The translations under genes were made by a program, and so were the position numbers. Under the pieces are notes generated by a model, which saw only the letters and a program-made list of their open reading frames with translations, was not told where the DNA came from and made no database searches. Shown here piece after piece: positions 37,011-50,547 of a stretch of 64,000 nt of DNA. Origin of the DNA: Eledone cirrhosa (lineage: Eukaryota); NCBI GenBank assembly GCA_964016885.1, contig OZ024746.1:3162001-3226000 (forward strand), written 5' to 3'. Position 1 is the stretch's first letter; each line of letters begins with the position of its first letter.

Positions 37011-38298
37011 TTCGTTTAACATCCATTTTCCACGCTAGCATGGGTTAGACTGCATTAATTTATTAATGTACTAAACTACAATTAATCACTGTTAAAATAA
37101 CTGTTTCTACGTTTAGCACAAGGCCAGCAAATACCCAGTCCATTACTGGTACTTTAAAATAACAATATACACTTAGAAATTGATTTCACTGTCAAGATGA
37201 GCAGCATGGAGTTGAAGAAGAGTGAAGCGAGCAAAGGTCTACACCATCATGTGGAGATTGGCTGACGCTTGATAGTGATCATGAAATCTTTCACCATGCT
37301 CATCGTTGATCTTGTGTCAGGTCCAATAAACATGCCTTTAACCTTTGCTCCACTTAAGAAAAGATATCTTTCAGCAACTTCAGGGTCCAATGACTTCACA
37401 AAATGTTTGAAGATTCCAAGTTTAATATGTAGTGGCGGTAACACAATTAGCTCAGGTAAAATTAGTGGTATGTATTGAACACTTTTATTCCTTCACCTTC
37501 ATATGTCTGTGGTCCTATGGCAGATGGCAAGTTATTTCTTATACTTTGTAGTTTTCTTATTGAACCCCTCAACATTAGTAATGTAAAAATAGCAATCAGT
37601 AGAATGGTTGCTTTGTTCTCCCCATGCCATTAGAGTGACAAATGGCATTTGTTTGAGCTTGCCACTGGACCTCAAGGAAAGCTGATCACTGCAAATTGAG
37701 TATACAATACGTAGAACAAAACATTTATCTTGGTCCTCAAGTTTCATTCTGAAATAATCTTTCTATCATGCTTGTATGAGTGTCATGATGTTTCTCCTAC
37801 TGTCCTTGAATGCATATTCCCCACAGATATAGTAAAAGTGATCTGGGTCATTGCAATAGACACGTCTTGAAGCCATATAAACTGAAGCAAATTGAAGTGG
37901 AGAAATAAAAACAACAGCAGTCCACAATGAACAGAGTAATTACCAATTTGATAGAACAAGTCACAATAACATCCGAGACACAAGGCATGCTTTTAAATGA
38001 AAAGTGTTCTAAAAATAGCCATGATCTAATATGTGTTATATCTACTTTTGCAGCTTTCTCATTAAAGGTTGTCAGAAAAAGAACAATCAAAAGAGTTCTT
38101 AAAAGACAAATAGGAAACACTTGACCTACTGCATGCTACATTACATTTCTGTAAATTAGGTATATGAGGGGGGTATCTTGTAGATCAAAAGTTAGATGTG
38201 ATGGAGCAAAATGGACTTCATATTCAGAAGGATCACCCTAAAATTAGCTAAAGTCACCCTAATTATCTCTTGCTAAAGACATGTTTTGTCATGCAGTA
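36794..38298 (-). mobile_element. Degenerate Chapaev3-type transposon with long imperfect TIRs and nested SINE tails
   Basis: CACTGCATGACA / TGTCATGCAGT ends and a ~120-bp imperfect inverted repeat (36794-36912 vs 38170-38297). ORF remnants KLEDQDK..MPF..W.E..NHSTDCYF and LPPLHIKLGIFKHFVKSL. Confidence 0.75.
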
Positions 38299-40270
38299 AA
38301 AGATTATTTCATTCATTATCATATTAATTGGTACACTACATATAAAAGAAAACTAGAAAGTTATATTTCTTTTCAACTATATATAAATATATATTGTGTG
38401 AAGAAAATGGTGAATGCATTACCCCAAAACATGGTAAGGGAGATGTGTTAATAGATCGAGTCCTTCTTGTAGAGCTTGAGAAAAATCATATCTTTTGATC
38501 TGAGGTCTTTGTCACCAGAACTGATCTAAAGTTAAATAATAACTTCAAACTCAATCAATCTATCATTTTATTTATGCTTTATATAACAGTAAACATATAA
38601 ATATAAAAACGATATATATATATATATCGTTTTTATGTTTATACACATTTTAAATCATATAGTAACATCTGATAATATACATTATTAGATATTACTATAT
38701 GATTTAAAAATTGACACGATTTTTTTCTTTTTTCTTTTTTAAACTGTTAGTACAGTATTAAATTGTAAGCAGAGAATATGAAAGGAATATATAATGTTCA
38801 AATATTATTTACTGCATATGCTTAATAAAATGATATTTAAAGAGTAGGAAGAGATGTAACATAAAGTTGACTGATATTCTGCTTCACTAACAGTGTCTAT
38901 AAAACTGGGGAAATGAATCATTAATCTTTTAATTTCGTTCTAGGCATAATTTATTCAAAAATAATTTGCTATCCAGAATTATATTTGAATGTCATTCAAT
39001 ATGAGTCACCTCATTTATAAATTAATGGATATGTATTTAATTTCTAGCTTTTATAATCATCTAATTACATGTAATATGCTGTAGTTTACTTAACGATTTG
39101 CTGCTATGTATTGCAATTGCTAATCAAAATCCAATCTTATCTTCTCTGTTATTGCAAGACTGATATTTTAGTTACTTTACTTTTCATCTCACGCTTTGGA
39201 ATTTAGTTAAAAATTAAATAAATATATGGGACCTCTTTCAACACATCACGAGCAATCTAAAATTTATCTATAAATTGTAAACTCCTTATTGCAAGAGTGA
39301 AACCGGTTAGAAGGTTATGCAAATATTAGTTTAAACTTTACTGCGCACGCGTAAATGTATGTATGTACATGTATGTATGAGAGAGATAGTGATCATCTTT
39401 TTGCACCCAATTTTCCTGCTATGAATTTTAAAGATATGCTTTATTTTCCCCATCAAAATATTCCCGCTTCAGACATAATTTTAGAAACGTGATTTTAAAG
39501 AATTTTCTCTTCAAACTTTGAAAGGCCAACATTAAAAAAAAGTCAAAATTTCCTTCTTGGTAACCCAGTGAGTGTAATTGAAACTTTTCACATTTGAATT
39601 TACTTCCCCTCATCTCCACCCATTACTTGGACATGGTCACTGATCTTTACCCACAAGTCATGCCTATTTTATCATTTTCCACACTAGATCTCATATTTTA
39701 ATTCTCCACTTTTAATAATGGTTGTTCAGTGAGCAGCAATTCAACCAACAGACCCATTCTTTCCATTCTAGTTTTATCAGCTATATGGATTCTTCACCAT
39801 TAACTGCTATAGCCATCTTGTTTTCCACATTCCTTGAACATAACATTTATGTGTCTTTAGTTTGCAATGTAGTAATTAAACTTGGCTTCTTGTACTTATT
39901 AAAAAAAAAAAAAGAAAAGAAAAGAAAGCAATTAGAAGAGATTTACGAAATTGCTTATTTGAAATTTCTCAAAAGGTTTTCTGGACAAAATCATAAAATG
40001 TCTATAAAACCAGTTTTATTATTTGTATGGTAGCTTCATTTTTTTTTTTTTGTATTTTTTTTTGATTGGGTAAGGAGTAGGTAGATATTATTTCTACATA
40101 GATAAGTAACTCGTTGCTATGGAGTTTATGTAGCTAACTGATTTTTATAAACATGTAGTATCATTGATAAACATTGTTTTCTACACCCCCTCCCCCCTAG
40201 TGATTCATGAGGCCGAGTGTTTAACTCTGAATTCTATAATGTTAATTATATTAGAGAAATCTCCCTTTAA

Positions 40271-40491
40271 CCCTTTATTATCTAAACTGGCCGTATCCAG
40301 CCAGAATTCTTTCACCTCTTTCTGTTCAAAATGGCCATAACTGGCTGCTCATACTGATGTTAAGGTATTGTTCTCAAAACGAATACTATCAAAATCTCAT
40401 AGATTGAATATTATGAGAGATATTTATGGGAAATAAAGTGTTTACTGTGAAAATACAATAGTAAATATTGAGTAATGTAAATGCTAAAGGG
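40271..40491 (+). mobile_element. piggyBac-like MITE, family A
   Basis: TTAA|CCCTTTA...TAAAGGG|TTAA; homologous to 9919-10124. Confidence 0.85.
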
Positions 40492-42004
40492 TTAAATCAA
40501 ACTAAACTCTGATGTGGAGGCTGTCTAAACTGGATTATGGTACTATATTTGATAGCGATGAGAAACTAATACTTCAAGTGTACCAACTACACATCAGCAA
40601 TTGGCATTTAAGTAACTTAATCAGAGCTTGGGTGAGGCCTAGCATAGTGCAGTAGTTGGAAATTATTGGAAAAGGTTGAAAGGTCACTGACAACTGAATT
40701 TTCATCATGCAAGAATATCACCAATTGATGTGTGAATGAAATAAATGTTTTGTCAGAGAGATTGTAAGCATGAAACTTGGAAGACTTAAAGAGAAAAAGA
40801 TGTGTGTGTGATTTGTAGGGTATGTAATCTAAAGTTGAATTGATGTAAATGAGAGTTAATGTTGTGCTAAAACAAAATTCTTTGTAGTAGGGATGCATGT
40901 GTTAGTAAACAGCTTTGTTCACTGTGTGAGAATGTTCTAGATTGGAACATAATACTATAGAAATAATAAAAACATGTTATGCCATTTCAGGTAGACTGGT
41001 AGTAAAACTTCCTGCTAATTGTGTTGATAGAATAAACGGATCATAAACCCCAAATACAATGCTTATGGATTGCAGTAATGGTTCACTGGAAGTAATAGAT
41101 AAAATTTATCTGGATGGCCTAATCTTTATTGGTGTAGGCAACTCAGATAGCTTACTGGCTTCAGTTTGTAACAGCTTATCAAAGTTACTCCTAATGTAGG
41201 AAAGAGATTATTTCTCTTTTCTCTGTTCAAAAGAATAGCTGCTTGAAGCATGTGTCAGAAGAAGTGTGGCAAGGATTGATAGAGCAAGCTGGGAATAAAA
41301 CTCACTAGATTTCAAGAAAATAGAGCAGTTAAAATGATTATGTAACAGTGGGTGTGTAGAATGAATCATAAAAAGTATGTGACTATATAATGTATGCTCA
41401 ACTGAACTAAAAGAAATTATTAAGAATTAGAAACAATGTGTAGCTTTTTGCAGGAACAACTAGAGAGAATTGAATGAAGCAGTATATTGAACATGAGGTA
41501 GAGGGAATTCAGAGCAGTGGTTAACTAAAGAAATCCTCAAATAAAAAGATTATATGAATAGAGTAAATAACAAAAGATAGACATGTAAAGAGAACTTACG
41601 TTATAGATGGAAGGTGAATGAAGAAAATTATATGTTAGGATGATAATAATGATGATGATTAATTTGGTCAACATTGCTGTTATTGATAGAAATATTACTC
41701 ATAAAATGTTTCTTCATAATTCTATTTGATATTTCTGAATAATTTGGGATTTTCTTTCTCCCTTAATTAACTAGGTCTTAACACCAAATTAATGTTAACT
41801 ATTGCCTAGTTGTTTGAAAAGTGGTTTTATGTGGTATATCTTCTATTTAGAATTATTTACTATCTTCTTCAGTAAGAATCAAGGGAAAATGAAGTTTTAT
41901 CTTGTCTTCATATATTAGATACTTGTAATGTTTCAATAATTAAATTTAACAGATTTTGCTGGTTAAATTAAATTGGTACCAGTTTATATATATATATATA
42001 TATA

Positions 42005-42405
42005 ATTCAAAATGTTAATAAATGAAAAATATTCTCATAATCAAAATATATATTTTATTATACATATTTCAAAGGTACAATGGTGTTTAAGTACGTTTTC
42101 ATCAGAAAAAATATAAGATTTGATATGTGACATACCGCTACAGTTTTGATTATTCAATTTGGCAATGATTTATTTCACCAACTCTCAACGTTTTTATACC
42201 ACAAATAATATGCCACATATTATTGAGAGTTGGTGAAATAAATCATTGCCAAATTGAATAATCAAACCGTAGCGGTATGTCACATATCAAATCTTATATT
42301 TTTTCGGATGAAAACGTACTTAAACACCATTGTACCTTTGAAATATGTATAATAAAATATATATATTGATCATGAGAATATTTTTCATTTATTAACATTT
42401 TGAAT
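42005..42405. repeat. Long inverted repeat (~184-bp arms, 34-nt spacer), probably Penelope-like pLTR remnant
   Basis: 42005-42188 is a near-perfect reverse complement of 42223-42405. It lies between (TA)n tracts and each arm carries a hammerhead-like motif. Confidence 0.85.
42047..42115 (-). ncRNA. Candidate minimal type I hammerhead ribozyme
   Basis: Minus strand: TATATTTTTT-CTGATGA-AAACGTAC(loop)GTACCTTT-GAAA-TATG-TA-TAATAAAATATA. Both core boxes, stem II and an imperfect stem I are present. Confidence 0.5.
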
Positions 42406-42499
42406 AATATTAAATACTCCAGAAAAATCTTCTGTCGATGCTTCTAATCTATTGTAAAATTGTATTCGTTGAATAATCAACAAACCATATTAATCTTTG

Positions 42500-42538
<39 letters not shown>

Positions 42539-42601
42539 CCCATGTCAGCATGGAAAATGGATATAAAACAGTAATGATGATGATATGCCAAAAAGGCTAA
42601 A

Positions 42602-43186
42602 TTGTCCTGTCTTTGTCTCTACGTGTTTTGTTACATCCCAATGTACACGGAATGAACAGTAGCAACCTTAATGCAGTGAAACTGTAATGATTTCCAAAGA
42701 TTGACTGAGGAGTTTGGACTGGTAGTTTTTTGTTGTTTTTTCCATTGCCTTTGTCCTATGGGCCCTACTATTTTGAATTCATATTCTAAAGACTTAGCCA
42801 TGCAGGCTTTTTTAAAACTATCATACAGGGGTTACACTGCCCCATCTGTCTTCTTCTATTCTCCCTTCTTACCTTTTCTAACCTCAGTTTCATTCTGCTT
42901 TGTCTGCACATTTCACTGCAGTCCATATTATTCTTTTCTATTTTATTTTAAATTTCTGTCCTTTCTATATATTTTTCATTTTTGAGTAAGCCCTCACACA
43001 CTGTTCTCTCCCTTTGTTAGTGGATACTTGAGATGCTTTTTCGTCTTTGTGTAATTTGCTGAAAGGCATAACTTGTCTTGTCTTTATCTGTTTTGTTATA
43101 TCCCAATGTGCACTGGAATGAATAGTATCAACCTAAATACTGTGAAACTATAATGATTTCTAGAGGTTGACTGAGGAGATTGGACT
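42602..43186 (+). repeat. ~115-bp direct repeats with ~470-bp period and degenerate hammerhead-like cores
   Basis: 42602-42720 is similar to 43073-43186. The second copy reads CTGGAATGA-ATAGTA-loop-TACTGT-GAAA-CTATA. Confidence 0.6.
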
Positions 43187-43594
43187 CTTATTTTGTATAC
43201 ACACATACATTAAAAAAGATAGAATTAATTTATTATTTAATTTTTCATTAGTTCTTGACTAGGAAGTTTCAGCTATAAACTGAATAAACCCATAATTGGA
43301 ATAAAAGGCAGCTTTTGTCTTTCACTTCTAAAATAGAACTGTTATAACTAATTCTCCAAACCTGTCTTATCATATTTATTTTTTTGACTTTTACATGCCA
43401 TTCAGAGCTGATAGTGTTGTTTTTATTTTTATTTAATTGTTTATCATTTTTATTTGATAAATATAAGCATTTCTTTTTCTATCAGCACCACAACTACTAA
43501 CACCATTATTTTAGCACCTAGAGTTTGATATTGGTGTATATATGTTTTAGTCAAACATGGTAATTTCACTTAACAACCAACCATCTATATTTAA

Positions 43595-43839
43595 CCCCTT
43601 TGTGACCATATTTTATAAAACCAATCTGGCCAAAACCAGCTCTGGTTCTATGAAAGAAACCCACCCATTTTAAGGGTTTCCAATTTAAATTAAAATCTTT
43701 CAACATAATTTTTCATAAGAACTTTACATTAAGTTACTATGTTAGTAATGAAGTAATTAATAATTTTAATAAATCCCTCAAAATTCTTCATTAATTAATT
43801 AAAATAGTGTATTTCATTAAAAATGCAACCACAAGAGGG
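43595..43839 (+). mobile_element. piggyBac-like MITE, family B
   Basis: TTAA|CCCCTTTGTG ... CACAAGAGGG|TTAA. Confidence 0.75.
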
Positions 43840-44284
43840 TTAAGTTGATAGACTAGGATTTGAGGGAGATTTAGTTGCTATTTCTAAGATGTCAAATGAT
43901 TGCCTAGCAGTTCCCCTACTGGCAGAGTACCTTCAAATTGTATAACTAACTAGCTACAAAAAATCATTCCATCTTTCTAGCTAGAACACAGATATAAGGG
44001 CTCTGGCTCAAATTGTCTGCAAGTATCTACACATTTCTGTAGGATTGGCCAGACTGATCAGTAGTTCTGTTTGAGTGTTGACACACACTGTGGGGACCCC
44101 TCCAACCCTTGCTAGCAGGGAAGAATGGTATTAAATGATGATGATGATGACTAGGCCATCAAAATCTATCAAGAAATGTGCTGTTGTATTAAGCTATAGC
44201 AGAATTATGACTACAATTACATTTTTAGACTAATAATTGCTTACATATAAAAGGTCCAGCATTAGATTTAATGACATTAGACAT

Positions 44285-44510
44285 GTGTTATGAAAAGTTG
44301 TCTCCACTTGCTACATTTCTTTGTCATTTCCTCTGTAAGTCTTGAGCTTAGCTCTCACCACCTCTGCCCAGGTTTTTCTTGGTCTACTGTTGCTTTCATC
44401 CACTAGTATTTCCTGGTACCTCTTTACCCATAGATCATCATCCATGCGCATCACATGTTTACTTAATTAAATCCATCTTCTCTCTTAAATCCATCTCCCT
44501 CAGTACATCA
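44285..44510 (-). mobile_element. RTE LINE 3' fragment related to the 3780-6896 ORF
   Basis: Minus strand HVMRMDDDLWVKRYQE...RPRKTWAEVVRA matches the C-terminus of the intact LINE. Confidence 0.75.
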
Positions 44511-45595
44511 AAGCTTTATATATAGCGGATGTAAAAACAATGATGATCACACATATACATATATACATACATATGACATAATGTATTTGTGAAAATTGAT
44601 ATATGGAAGGCAAATATGAGCAGGGAAAATTATGATATGCCGGATATGCAACATGAAACTAAAACTCCAACCTAAACACAAGCATATATTAGAATACATA
44701 GTTGGTCTATACAGAAAATATAATTGTTTGTATGGACATAGAAAGTCTATGGTTGGTGTATGTTATGTGAGATGATACTGCAGTCATTGACAAGGATGAA
44801 ATAATTAAATCAGTTTTCAAAAATGCCTAATGGTTGGAATGGGGTATATTATAAATGATTGGATATATGTTATTGTGTAAACTGGACCCCCTATGTGGAA
44901 AAATAAACATTAAACTGATATGGAGGATAGTTTCTCGCTTTATTTTATTAATCTAAATTGTTTTGGCTATTTTTTTGTTGAAGTATTTTTCACTTTTGGC
45001 TTTCAAATTTTGCTGTGTAACTATGAATAGAAAGCCATAAAATATAATGTCTTTAATTTATAACAAATTTACATTTTATATCCGAGTTTGATCTCCTGTA
45101 TTTAATGTCTTCAGTTTGGTTTTATCAGAATATCAATTGCTAATTGAATTTAACGTTTTTAAAAGAAAGATTTTGTTGAATTATAAAATTTAATAATTAA
45201 AATAATTTGATCATTAGCAAGAGATGTTAAGACTAATAATAGAGAAGGGAAAAATAATAAAGTGGTTATATTTGTCTTGTTTTCTTGTTTTTTATTGAGG
45301 AACTTTCAACAGTTTTGTATATTAGCGGAAGCATAACTAATCACTTTTGTTTGCACGATTCTTTCCATCATATGTTGATTAATTAAGTAAATTAAATTTT
45401 CAGTTTCTGTTCAGAATAATATTTTTTTCCATCATAAAATCTGCCTGTGGTTACTGGCTTTATTTAACACTCCATCTAGTTTACCTTAGTTTACTTTGTA
45501 GAATTAAGGGAAAATATTTGTTATTAAATAGCTTATTATTATTTACTATTGCTACGTATAAATAGTATGTCTTCATAGTTATTAGTATTATTATA

Positions 45596-45825
45596 AGGGA
45601 GGTGGATTGGCAGTACCAGTAGAGCGTCTGGCACCATGGTTCACGGCATAGTTACAGCCAGTTATGTTCTGAGTTCAAATCCTGCCGACGTTAACTTTGC
45701 CTTTCATCCTTACAGGGTCGATAAAATAAAGTACCAGTAATGTACTGGAGTCAATTTAATCGACTTTCCCCTTCTCTTTAAATTGCTGGCCTTGTGCCAA
45801 AAGAAGAAACAATTATCATTATTAT
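45596..45825 (+). mobile_element. Nin-like tRNA SINE
   Basis: Same head, core and tail as the 54911 copy. Confidence 0.8.
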
Positions 45826-48313
45826 TGTTTGTTTGTGGCTTTCTTTTGGCCATTATTCAAATGTCAACAGTAGGTTGGATTTACTTAGCAGTACTTCTGC
45901 CTCATTCTGTTTCCTATGAGAAATTAACTTGTAAAATCATATTTACTTCAGGCCTTTTCACTATAGAGCAGCTATGATGAATAATTTTGTTATTTATGAC
46001 ACTGTCTTGTCTATAAAATTACATGTATATATATGTATGTACACATATGCTCACTCTTTCATTATATACATTAAAGCATATAATCATATGCACACACACA
46101 GACAACATACACATTTATACACACATACACCCACTCATTCACACATGCATATTTTATGCATAATCACATAAGATCAGTTTATAGCCAATATCTGTACATT
46201 ACATAGATTTCTAAAAGCTTCTTTTGATTAGACTAAGAATAATATAGCATTTTGATTTGTATATAGTATTTCCAGTGATTGCAGAGGTCATTATTCAATG
46301 GAAACTATATGAAAAGACACTGAAAACTTTTATTTCAGATTTAAAGAGAGAAAATCACTAAATTATAAAAACAGATTGGATGTATGAATCATTTCAGTTT
46401 TAGGGGTCTGCGTTGATTTAGGGGTATACATTTGGTGATATGCTAGGTTTATTGCATGTTACTATGTACATATGTATTTGCATGTGCCTATGGTAATGGT
46501 CAGTTTCTTTCTTCTTGTTAAGACAAGACACAGCTGTTACTTAAAGGTCTCTCAGTAGGTTCCAATGTTGGGTTAAGCCTTTAAATTAGTACTCTGGTTG
46601 AATTGTGTGTGTGTGTGTGTGTGTGTTCTCTTCCAACAACTGAGTAGAGATCACTGAAATATGATCTGAAACAGAAATTGAACCTGCTGTGACATCTCAT
46701 TGCCCAAACTATCACTGACATTCCAAGTTTAATCATACAAATTATGTTTCAGATCAATCATTCATCTTCAGCACGCACGCACATCTTCGCTTGTAAATGA
46801 CAGTTATTTTCCAGTTACAAATTGCTCTGCCTAGTCTAATATGCAATGCTATGTATGTATGTTGTATTGAAGATTCATTATCTTCATATCAGCTTTTGGT
46901 TAATCTGGACAAGAAATGAAAAATCTATGGGTAGGAGTGGATAGGTTATACATAGAAAATACCAGAAATACATTTATATGCATGTACCCGTCTAACCAAT
47001 GCTTGCATAGAAAATGGACGTTAAACGATGGTGATGATGATGATGATGTACATGTTCATATAAATTGTTGGGAATATTGAAATGTTAAAATAAAGTTTTT
47101 AAAAAATGTTGATGGGTTTTGTTGATGTGGAATCAATAAAGTAGATAAAGTATTCTTTTATAATCCAGCTGATTGATCTGTGTTCTTGAGAAGTTGAAAT
47201 TTTCTTGTACTTACAGTATGGTGCAAAAATAAAAATATCAATCATGGAATGATGCTTTCGTTTGAATATCTAAATATCATCTGCTCCAGTCGAACTGGTG
47301 GGGGTGGGAGTGTCAAATTAAATTGAAAAGAAATCTAGACAATGAATTATTTATTAGCTAAAATATAAGAAAATTATCTACCCTATTGTTTTTATCTATT
47401 GTCTGCTACTGTTCTCTCTTTCTCTCTCTGCTTCCCATCCCATATATCACTTCTAACGTATACATATATATCTCTCTCTGTGCTTAACCATCTGTTACTG
47501 CGTATGTCTTCTAATGAACCTGCTAGAAATTTGCCAAATCTCCCTCAAAATGGCAGAGGCACATTGGGTAACTTGTTATTGGAAGCATAATGTCTGGAGT
47601 TGGGGGGGGACTGAATAGCCATAATTTAATGTTGTTGATGACAGGTCTGTTCAGTTATAGTTATGGCTACTACATGTGACTTTGTCTTTCTTGGTGGCTG
47701 CACTTGCTTTCCCTCTGCTGCTACATGGATATCATTTTCACAAAGTAATGACATTGATAACATTATTCATAGAGAACTATGATTCTAATCTCCTCTGACA
47801 TATCTCAAATAAAGATGGAATAGTCTTGGTTGGAATGATTTGTATCATAGATTTGCTCATTCAGGGCTCACCTTGATTTTATTACCATTGTTGCTGACAC
47901 AGACTTGTACCAATTTTCTTGAGTTTTAAATTGTATTAATCTTTTTCTTTAATTTACCAACAGACTTTAGCCCTGGATTCATGAGACAAAACTGCTCATT
48001 TTAAAATGTTTATCCTTATATTAAAATCTTTTAATCATAATTTTATTTTAGAATGTTTTGTTAATGTTCAAAATATCAGCTTTCAAATAAAAACAAACTT
48101 TTTGGTTATTTGCAAAATTAATTGATATATATAGACATGCCCCAGCATAGTCTTAGCCTCTCGGCTGAAACGTATAACAGAGTATTAATTAGTGTAATTC
48201 ATCAAAAGTATGGCAATAAAAGTGTTAATCAATGTTTTAGGATTTAACATTTTTTTTCTATATTAAGATTGTTTTTCTTTGGATTAAATTTGTCTCTTTT
48301 TCTTTTTATTCAG

Positions 48314-48986
48314 GGATGGAAACAGACAGCGCTTATGAGCAGAAGCTGATGCCAGATGGCAAGCTAAATATTGATGGCTTTATGGTAGTGTTTGATGTCA
48401 GCACTGTTCACAACCGGCCAATTGAGAGACAGGTTGAGTTTGTTTCTCAAATTCTTCAATCTTTGCAGAAGATCCGCAAACCTGTGGTGCTGGCAACTAC
48501 AAAGCATGACGAGGCTGTGGACCGATTCTGTAAGGAAGCTGGAGCTTTGGTCACTCGCAGTAAACTCAATATTCCCATTGTGGAGACCTCAGCACTTGAA
48601 AACATCAATGTAGAATTGGCTTTTATGACTCTTGCACATCTAATTGATGGTACAAAAATGAGGAAAAAAATAATTCCTTTTGCTGATGCCTACCGAGCCC
48701 GCAAAGATATTTTAGATGTTGCTACCAAGGCATACAAAAAACTGCTCAATACTCAGGTTATAGATCCAAAAGCCTCATGGACTATATGGAAAAAGAAATT
48801 TATGAAGGAGTCTGATTATAATCATTATGTGGAATTATTTGGAACTGAAAGTGCCATAGAACATTTTCGCAAACATACCATGCATTTAAAAGAACAGCAA
48901 TTACGGCAACGAGAATTGCGATACCTAGATAGCCTACCAACAGTATTACAATACTTCTTAACTTCATTGGATGTCATCTCTGACAA
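48314..48986 (+). CDS. RhoGAPp190: p190 RhoGAP coding exon 2: rest of GTPase domain and first FF domain
   Basis: Acceptor TTTTTATTCAG|GG completes the Gly codon. YEQKLMPDGKLNIDGF, KPVVLATTKHD, VETSALENINVELAF, FF-like W...Y..LFG...A...F..H. Donor AA|GTAAGT. Confidence 0.95.
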
Positions 48987-49674
48987 GTAAGTCCCCTATA
49001 TATTCATGTCATTTCATTTTGTTCTACTTGAATGTAATTTATGTTCACTGAGGCCCATTAGATAATGATACACCACAACCTCAATGTTGTAAATAACATG
49101 GCCAGGAATTTTAGCTACTTTATCAGAGCCAGTAACTGCTTTAAATGCCAGTAACTCTTTCTACTGTCCAAATATTAGGTTACATATGGTATACAGTAAG
49201 TGCATCTGGGTATGTTTGCACTGAATTTTATTTTAATAAAATCTTAGAAAACCAGATAATGTTTGCCATTGTAGACTGCTTCTAAGATAACTTACATCAT
49301 GTTTTTGCTCTATTTGTTTCATGATTGCCTTTATTCACAATTCACCTGGCTTGTCAGATTTACATTACACTCAAAAGAACAGTTTCTAACAAACCAATTT
49401 GGGTTTTCTGTTGATAAATTGAAAGAATTACATTAATTGCCATATTCTGATAAATGGTGTGTACATAGTTCCTGAAGCCAACAATTTGTTTTCTCCATAA
49501 CTAATTCTCTATGTATTTTTCTTTTTTGTGTTTTCACCATAGTTGTTTACAATTGAATTTCTATTTCAGCATTTGCAGTGTTTTGCTTTAAAAAAAAAAA
49601 GCAAAACTTGTTTTTCTTAACTTCTGCTGTAACATATGAAGTTCATGTGATGGTCTTTATAACATCTGTATTCA

Positions 49675-49718
<44 letters not shown>

Positions 49719-50249
49719 CTCACCTCTATTAATTTGTTACAAATATCTGTTTATTTCATTCTTCAAAAGTATTTCTAGGCATTGGAACAAACAGATACAT
49801 TTATAATTTTGTATTGGTTTGTATTTTAGGGGGAAATTAATTTTAGATATAATGATTAGATTGCTTACATTTATTAGATGTTTTTCCCGGATCTTTTTTT
49901 TTTTTTTGTTTTTGTTTATTGATCAAATGCGGAATCATGAGTGTAATCTAACAAAATTGGAGTCAATTTTGTTAGATTATCTCCTGATGGTTGAGTTATT
50001 ACATACCATTTGTTCCATCTACGCTTCAGGTTTGGTCAACCTGCTAGAAATAGCAGCCAAGTATCCTTCAAATCACATCCCTTTCTGTTAAAAAAGAAAA
50101 AAATGGCATAGATTAGATACATGTAACATGTAGTCTCTGATATAATATACACACCCCGACTCACTACCCCACTCCATCCTCCCATTCCCACCAACACCAC
50201 CCTTTCTCTATAAAGTTATGTTGGTACCACAACATCCAGTCCAAACTAA

Positions 50250-50499
50250 TGAGGTCGTGTAGGTGTCACAACAAAAAACACACAGTCCACACTGTAATGT
50301 GGTCGTGTAGGTAACACGGTAAAAAGTTCCCAGTCCACACTGTAAATGTGGTTGGTGTTAGGAAGGACATCCAACCATAGAAAACCTGCCAGATAGCCCT
50401 ATACGAGCGAAACACGGTCACCCAACCAATCTTGCCTTAAGTGGGACAATTCCCGTCTAACCCATGCTAGCGTGGAAGATGGCCGTTAAACGATGATGA

Positions 50500-50503
<4 letters not shown>
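50250..50503 (+). mobile_element. Bipartite RTE-derived element with a duplicated ~48-bp 5' unit
   Basis: Two GGTCGTGTAGGT..CAGTCCACACTGTAA units, GGTGTTAGGAAGGACATCC, and CCATGCTAGCGTGG hairpin plus (GAT)n. Confidence 0.8.

Positions 50504-50547
<44 letters not shown>

Noticed and set aside
40500-41600. Possible old CR1/L2 RT remnant on the minus strand
   Set aside because: Too degenerate to recover convincing motifs by eye.
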